64,000 nt of DNA, taken from the NCBI GenBank assembly GCA_030141605.1, contig JAQGDQ010000391.1:155865-219864 (forward strand), given 5' to 3'. The notes below the pieces were generated by a model that made no database searches, was not told the origin of the DNA, and saw nothing but the letters and a program-made list of their open reading frames with translations. Positions 57,501 through 64,000 of the stretch are shown here, piece after piece. Each line of letters opens with the position of its first letter. Position 1 is the stretch's first letter. Both the position numbers and the translations under genes were made by a program. Source of the stretch: Tubiluchus corallicola (lineage: Eukaryota > Animalia > Priapulida).

Positions 57501-60500
57501 AGAAGCTGATAAATAATACTAGATTAAAGAAAACTACTGACTATTAAGTTAATCAACCTTTACAAGATTACTGAAATGACACATATTTCGTTTTGCATTA
57601 ACATAAAATTCTGCCCAAAAAACAAAATAGATGGGCCATACAAAAGACCAACTGTACCCTCAAGTATACAGATCAGTTTCCTTATTTTCGACCTCATTCC
57701 CTTTTGGAAGGTACACAAAAAGCACAAATATCTTGTAAGCTTTTTTAGCTAAAGTATTTCACCATTTGATATTTTTTTTTATTTCTACATCTAAGAAAAA
57801 TGTGCTGCTCCCAGGATATTTTGGCACTCTAGAATCAATTTTATAAAAGTTGACAATTAAAGCAGTGTAAATCCTCAAAAAGGGATAAATATCAAGATTT
57901 ACATTTTTTCCAAGCATTGAAAAAAAATCTTGAAGTAATTCCAATAAAATTATCAAAAACTGTTAATTTGGCTACTAAATAATAAAAGTTTTATTGCTTG
58001 TTCTAGTACTTGTTGTGGACGATGCACTTGAAGCTGTTGCTGTCATCGTTTGTGTAGTTGAGCCTGAAGATGATTCTGAGACTGTTCTTGTTGCAGTTGA
58101 CAAAGTTGTAGGACTACCTAAAATTGTAAAGAAAGAAGTTGATAAATAATACTAGATTAAAGAAACCTACTGACTATTAAGTTAATCAACCTTTACAAGA
58201 TTACTGAAATGACACATATTTCGTTTTGCATTAACATAAAATTCTGCCCAAAAAAACAAAATAGATGGGCCATACAAAAGACCAACTGTACCCCCCAATA
58301 TACAGATCAGTTTTCTTATTTTCGACCTTATCCCCTTTTGGAAGATACACAAAAAGCAGAAATATCTTTTAAGCTTTTTTAGCTAAAGTATTTCACCATT
58401 TGATATTATTTTTATTTCTACATCTAAGAAAAATGTGCTGCTCCCAGGATGTTTTGGCACTCTAGAATCAATTTCATAAAAGTTGACAATTCAAACAGTG
58501 TAAATCCTTAAAAACGGATAGATATCAAGATTTACATTTTCTAAAGCATTGAAAAAATCTAGTAGCTATCCAATGAAATATATAAAACTGTTAATTTGGC
58601 TACTAAATATTAAAGCTTTTATTGTTTGTTCTAGTACTTGTTGTGGACGATGCACTTGAAGCTGTTGATGTCATCGTTTGTGTAGTTGAACCTGAAGATG
58701 ATTCTGAGACTGTTCTTGTTGCAGTTGACAAAGTTGTAGGACTACCTAAAATTGTAAAGAAAGAAGTTGATAAATAATACTAGATTAAAGAAACCTACTG
58801 ACTATTAAGTTAATCAACCTTTACAAGATTACTGAAATGACACATATTTCGTTTTGCATTAACATAAAATTCTGCCCAAAAAACAAAATAGATGAGCCAT
58901 ACAAAAGACCAACTGTACCCTCCAATATACAGATCAGTTTTCTTATTTTCGACCTTATCCCCTTTTGGAAGATACACAAAAAGCAGAAATATCTTTTAAG
59001 CTTTTTTAGCTAAAGTATTTCAACTTTTGATATTATTTTTTATTTCTACATCAAAGAAAAACGTGCTGCTGCCAGGATGTTTTGGCAGTCTAAAATCAAT
59101 TTTATAAAGGCATGACAATTAAAGTAGTGCATAAACTCAAAAAGGAAAAACGTATAAAAATTTACATTTTTCAAGCATTGAAAAAATCTAGTAGCTATCC
59201 AATGAAATATATAAAACTTTTAATTTGGCTACTAAATATTAAAGGTTTTATTGTTTGTTCTAGTACTTGTTGTGGACGATGCACTTGAAGCTGTTGATGT
59301 CATCGTTTGTGTAGTTGAGCCTGAAGATGATTCTGAGACTGTTCTTGTTGCAGTTGACAAAGTTGTAGGACTACCTAAAATTGTAAAGAAAGAAGTTGAT
59401 AAATAATACTAGATTAAAGAAACCTACTGACTATTAAGTTAATCAACCTTTACAAGATTACTGAAATGACACATATTTCGTTTTGCATTAACATAAAATT
59501 CTGCCCAAAAAACAAAATAGATGGGCCATACAAAAGACCAACTGTACCCTCAAGTATACAGATCAGTTTTCTTATTTTCGACCTTATCCCCTTTTGGAAG
59601 GTACACAAAAAGCACAAAATCTTTTAAGCTTTTTTAGCTAAAGAATTTCAACTTTTGATATTATTTTTTATTTCTACATCAAAGAAAAACGTGCTGCTGC
59701 CAGGATGTTTTGGCAGTCTAAAATCAATTTTATAAAGGCATGACAATTAAAGTAGTGCATAAACTCAAAAAGGAAAAACGTATAAAAATTTACATTTTTC
59801 AAGCATTGAAAAAATCTGGTAGCTATTCCATGAAATACATAAAACGGTTAATTTGGCTACTAAATAATAAAAGTTTTATTGCTTGTTCTAGTACTTGTTG
59901 TGGACGATGCACTTGAAGCTATTGATGTCATCGTTTGTGTAGTTGAGCCTGAAGATGATTCTGAGACTGTTCTTGTTGCAGTTGACAAAGTTGTAGGACT
60001 ACCTAAAATTGTAAAGCAAGAAGTTGATAAATAATACTAGGTTAAAGAAAACTACTGACTATTAAGTTAATCAACCTTTACAAGATTACTGAAATGACAC
60101 ATATTTCGTTTTGCATTAACATAAAATTCTGCCCAAAAAAAAATAGATGGGCCATACAAAAGACCAACTGTACCCTCAAGTATACAGATCAGTTTTCTTA
60201 CTTTCGACCTTATCAACTTTTGGAAGGTACACAAAAAGCACAAAATCTTTTAAGCTTTTTTAGCTAAAGTATTTCAACTTTTGATACTATTTTTTATTTC
60301 TACATCAAAGAAAAACGTGCTGCTGCCAGGATGTTTTGGCAGTCTAAAATCAATTTTGTAATGGCATGACAATTAAAGTAGTGCATAAACTCAAAAAGGA
60401 AAAACGTATAAAAATTTACATTTTTTAAGCATTGAAAAAATCTGGTAGCTATTCCATGAAATACATAAAACGGTTAATTTGGCTACTAAATAATAAAAGT

Positions 60501-63500
60501 TTTATTGCTTGTTCTAGTACTTGTTGTGGACGATGCACTTGAAGCTGTTGATGTCATCGTTTGTGTAGTTGAGCCTGAAGATGATTCTGAGACTGTTCTC
60601 GTTGCAGTTGACAAAGTTGTAGGACTACCTAAAATTGTAAAGAAAGAAGTTGATAAATAATACTAGATTAAAGAAAACTTCTGACTATTAAGTTAATCAA
60701 CCTTTACAAGATTACTGAAATGACACATATTTCGTTTTGCATTAACATAAAATTTTGCCCAAAAAAACAAAATATATGGGCCATACAAAAGACCAACTGT
60801 ACCCTCAAGTATACAGATCAGTTTCCTTAGTTTCGACCTCATTCCCTTTTGGAAGGTACACAAAAAGCACAAATATCTTGTAAGCTTTTTTAGCTAAAGT
60901 ATTTCACCATTTGATATTATTTTTTATTTCTACATCTAAGAAAAATGTGCTGCTCCCAGAATGTTTTGGCACTCTAGAATCAATTTTATAAAAGTTGACA
61001 ATTAAAGCAGTGTAAATCCTCAAAAAGGGATAAATACCAAGATTTGCATTTTTTCCAAGTGTTAGAAAAAAAATCTTGAAGTAATTCCAAAAAAATTATC
61101 AAAAACTGTTAATTTTGCTACTAAATAATAAAAGTTTTATTGCTTGTTCTAGTACTTGTTGTGGACGATGCTCTTGAAGCTGTTGCTGTCATCGTTTGTG
61201 TAGTTGATCCTGAAGATGTTCTTGAGACTGTTCTTGTTGCAGTTGACAAAGTTGTAGGACTACCTAAAATTGTAAAGAAAGAAGTTGATAAATAATACTA
61301 GATTAAAGAAAACTACTGACTATTAAGTTAATCAACCTTTACAAGATTACTGAAATGACACATATTTCGCTTTGCATTAACATAAAATTCTGCCCAAAAA
61401 AACAAAATAGATGGGCCATACAAAAGACCAACTGTACCCCCCAATATACAGATCAGTTTTCTTATTTTCGACCTTATCCCCTTTTGGAAGATACACAAAA
61501 AGCAGAAATATCTTTTAAGCTTTTTTAGCTAAAGTATTTCACCATTTGATATTATTTTTATTTCTACATCTAAGAAAAATGTGCTGCTGCCAGGATGTTT
61601 TGGCACTCTAGAATCAATTTCATAAAAGTTGACAATTCAAACAGTGTAAATCCTTAAAAAAGGATAGATATCAAGATTTACATTTTCTAAAGCAGTGAAA
61701 AAATCTAGTAGCTATCCAATGAAATATATGAAACTGTTAATTTGGCTACTAAATATTAAAGGTTTTATTGTTTGTTCTAGTACTTGTTGTGGACGATGCA
61801 CTTGAAGCTGTTGATGTCATCGTTTGTGTAGTTGAGCCTGAAGATGATTCTGAGACTGTTCTTGTTGCAGTTGACAAAGTTGTAGGACTACCTAAAATTG
61901 TAAAGAAAGAAGTTGATAAATAATACTAGATTAAAGAAACCTACTGACTATTAAGTTAATCAACCTTTACAAGATTACTGAAATGACACATATTTCGTTT
62001 TGCATTAACATAAAATTCTGCCCAAAAAACAAAATAGATGGGCCATACAAAAGACCAACTGTACCCTCAAGTATACAGATCAGTTTTCTTGCTTTCGACC
62101 TTATCAACTTTTGGAAGGTACACAAAAAGCACAAAATCTTTTAAGCTTTTTTAGCTAAAGTAGTTCAACTTTTGATATTATTTTTTATTTCTACATCAAA
62201 GAAAAACGTGCTGCTGCCAGGATGTTTTGGCAGTCTAAAATCAATTTTATAAAGGCATGACAATTAAAGTAGTGCATAAACTCAAAAAGGAAAAACGTAT
62301 AAAAATTTACATTTTTCAAGCATTGAAAAAATCTGGTAGCTATTCCATGAAATACATAAAACGGTTAATTTGGCTACTAAATAATAAAAGTTTTATTGCT
62401 TGTTCTAGTACTTGTTGTGGACGATGCACTTGAAGCTGTTGATGTCATCGTTTGTGTAGTTGAGCCTGAAGATGATTCTGAGACTGTTCTTGTTGCAGTT
62501 GACAAACTTGTAGGTATACCTAAAGTTGTAAAGAAAGAAGTTGATAAATAATACTAGATTAAAGAAAACTACTGACTATTAAGTTAATCAACCTTTACAA
62601 GATTACTGAAACGACACATATTTCGTTTTGCATTAACATAAAATTCTGCCCAAAAAACAAAATAGATGGGCCATACAAAAGACCAACTGTACCCTCAAGT
62701 ATACAGATCAGTTTCCTTATTTTCGACCTTATTCCCTTTTGGAAGGTACACAAAAAGCACAAATATCTTTTAAGCTTTTTTAGCTAAAGTATTTCACCAT
62801 TTGATATTATTTTTTATTTCTACATCTAAGAAAAATGTGCTGCTGCCAGGATGTTTTGGCACTCTAGAATCAATTTTGTAAAAGTTGACAATTAAAACAG
62901 TGTAAATCCTTAAAAAGGGATAGATATCAAGATTTACATTTTCTATAGCATTGAAAAAATCTAGTAGCTATCCAATGAAATATATAAAACTGTTAATTTG
63001 GCTACTAAATATTAAAGGTTTTATTGTTTGTTCTAGTACTTGTTGTGGACGATGCACTTGAAGCTGTTGATGTCATCGTTTGTGTAGTTGAGCCTGAAGA
63101 TGATTCTGAGACTGTTCTTGTTGCAGTTGACAAAGTTGTAGGACTACCTAAAATTGTAAAGAAAGAAGTTGATAAATAATACTAGATTAAAGAAACCTAC
63201 TGACTATTAAGTTAATCAACCTTTACAAGATTACTGAAATGACACATATTTCGTTTTGCATTAACATAAAATTCTGCCCAAAAAACAAAATAGATGGGCC
63301 ATACAAAAGACCAACTGTACCCTCAAGTATACAGATCAGTTTTCTTACTTTCGACCTTATCAACTTTTGGAAGGTACACAAAAAGCACAAAATCTTTTAA
63401 GCTTTTTTAGCTAAAGTATTTCAACTTTTGATATTATTTTTTATTTCTACATCAAAGAAAAACGTGCTGCTGCCAGGATGTTTTGGCAGTCTAAAATCAA

Positions 63501-63775
63501 TTTTATAAAGGCATGACAATTAAAGTAGTGCATAAACTCAAAAAGGAAAAACGTATAAAAATTTACATTTTTCAAGCATTGAAAAAATCTGGTAGCTATT
63601 CCATGAAATACATAAAACGGTTAATTTGGCTACTAAATAATAAAAGTTTTATTGCTTGTTCTAGTACTTGTTGTGGACGATGCACTTGAAGCTGTTGATG
63701 TCATCGTTTGTGTAGTTGAGCCTGAAGATGATTCTGAGACTGTTCTTGTTGCAGTTGACAAACTTGTAGGTATAC
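35673..63775 (-). CDS. Partial multi-exon mucin-like Ser/Thr-rich protein with three LDLa domains (5' end beyond window, 3' end not located)
   Basis: Chain of phase-compatible AG...GT exons in transcription order: 23 S/T exons (63775 to 49807), LDLa 49273-49118, 7 S/T exons, LDLa 43919-43764, 2 S/T exons, LDLa 41707-41552, then unique exons 39261-39172, 37583-37547, 37345-37245 and 35798-35673. No in-frame stops seen in the exons read. Confidence 0.75.
35850..36583. repeat. (GTA)n/(GCA)n microsatellite
   Basis: Directly visible. Confidence 0.95.
37245..37345 (-). CDS. Putative acidic exon of the mucin-like gene
   Basis: ttcttctttcatcag|CACGGCG; phase 2 in, encodes TARTLAVQVAKIEADEDKILEDPASEDQVSELN, phase 1 out (gtgaac, or gttaga 9 nt further). 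Confidence 0.5.
37547..37583 (-). CDS. Putative 37-nt exon of the mucin-like gene
   Basis: ttttttacaaag|CACGAGCA...GTGGG|gtaatt; phase 1 in, phase 2 out (RAPDAVTRPNVG), matching the phase needed by the next exon. Confidence 0.45.
37660..38222. repeat. (GTTACT)n microsatellite
   Basis: Directly visible. Confidence 0.95.
39172..39261 (-). CDS. Diverged Ser/Thr/Glu-rich exon of the mucin-like gene
   Basis: tttcaataatattag|GTTCACCG resembles the type-B acceptor. Encodes SPTTTSEVTSESTEATTTTETATTSCKIT; donor A|gtaata gives 90 nt, phase 1/1 (alternative in-frame donor gttgta 15 nt earlier). Confidence 0.65.
39367..40092. repeat. 27-bp minisatellite, ~27 copies, intronic
   Basis: Unit agttgatgatatttgaccagcttactt. 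Confidence 0.95.
41552..41707 (-). CDS. LDL-receptor class A (LDLa) domain exon, copy 1
   Basis: 156-nt phase-1/phase-1 exon, ttttag|CTTCG...TGCA|gtaagt. Encodes SPYTCGSDEFDCKMSLSWLLDPYENCISKDFLCNGNFECGNGRDEGVEANC with 6 Cys, FxC, CI and the CxGxxxCxxGxDE pattern. Confidence 0.88.
42241..42348 (-). CDS. Representative type-A Ser/Thr-rich repeat exon (108 nt)
   Basis: ctttag|GTATACCT...ACAACAA|gtacta; encodes (S)IPTSLSTATRTVSESSSGSTTQTMTATASSASSTT. A/variant copies have low ends at 44454, 45082, 45710, 46337, 46965, 47593, 49807, 50453, 51084, 51717, 52346, 52975, 53603, 54229, 55492, 56122, 56749, 57377, 58010, 58638, 59267, 59895, 60521, 61156, 61784, 62412, 63040 and 63668. Confidence 0.75.
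42873..42980 (-). CDS. Type-B Ser/Thr-rich repeat exon (108 nt); second copy 48228-48335, A/B chimera 54864-54971
   Basis: aatcgtag|GTTCATCA...ACAACAA|gtacta; encodes (S)SSTNMSTTTGTVSRTSPGSTTQTMTATTSRVSSTT (NMS sequon). Both full B copies are the first exon downstream of an LDLa exon. Confidence 0.75.
43764..43919 (-). CDS. LDLa domain exon, copy 2
   Basis: Near-identical to copy 1 (offset 2212 bp) with intact splice sites; one S>A change (KMALSW). Confidence 0.88.
49118..49273 (-). CDS. LDLa domain exon, copy 3
   Basis: Near-identical to copy 1 with intact ttttag and gtaagt sites; the differences seen are synonymous (e.g. TGT/TGC, TTC/TTT, AAC/AAT). Confidence 0.88.
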
Positions 63776-64000
63776 CTAAAGTTGTAAAGAAAGAAGCTGA
63801 TAAATAATACTAGATTAAAGAAAACTACAGACTATTAAGTTAATCAACCTTTACAAGATTACTGAAACGACACATATTTCGTTTTGCATTAACATAAAAT
63901 TCTGCCCAAAAAACAAAATAGATGGGCCATACAAAAGACCAACTGTACCCTCAAGTATACAGATCAGTTTCCTTATTTTCGACCTCATTCCCTTTTGGAA

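Larger units (their letters stand above)
42010..64000. repeat. ~628-635-bp tandem array (108-nt exon + ~520-nt intron), 32 units, interrupted by LDLa-bearing blocks
   Basis: The motif tagtacttgttgt(g/t)gacga recurs with ~630-bp period; the array runs off the window end. Confidence 0.97.

Overview
AT-rich, microsatellite-laden metazoan (probably invertebrate) genomic DNA with spliceosomal introns. Almost all ORFs in the supplied track are artefacts of simple repeats. Two genes are supported, both on the minus strand. (1) The large first coding exon of an MFSD6-like major facilitator superfamily transporter (18261-19998). (2) A partial multi-exon mucin-like gene that the ORF track largely misses. 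The ~630-bp tandem 'satellite' filling ~41.8-64 kb is an exon+intron array: 32 symmetric phase-1 exons of 108 nt (one of 105 nt) each encode a ~36-aa Ser/Thr-rich unit. Three LDL-receptor class A exons are interspersed, and small unique exons follow at 35.7-39.3 kb, one carrying an RRKR furin-type motif. The array shows a 10-unit higher-order repeat, chimeric exons and weak tandem donor sites. The intergenic and intronic DNA holds two solo LTRs with perfect 5-bp TSDs, RTE and CR1/L2 LINE remnants, MITE-like elements carrying telomere-like hexamers, minisatellites and local duplications. All exon models were read by eye and have no transcript support.
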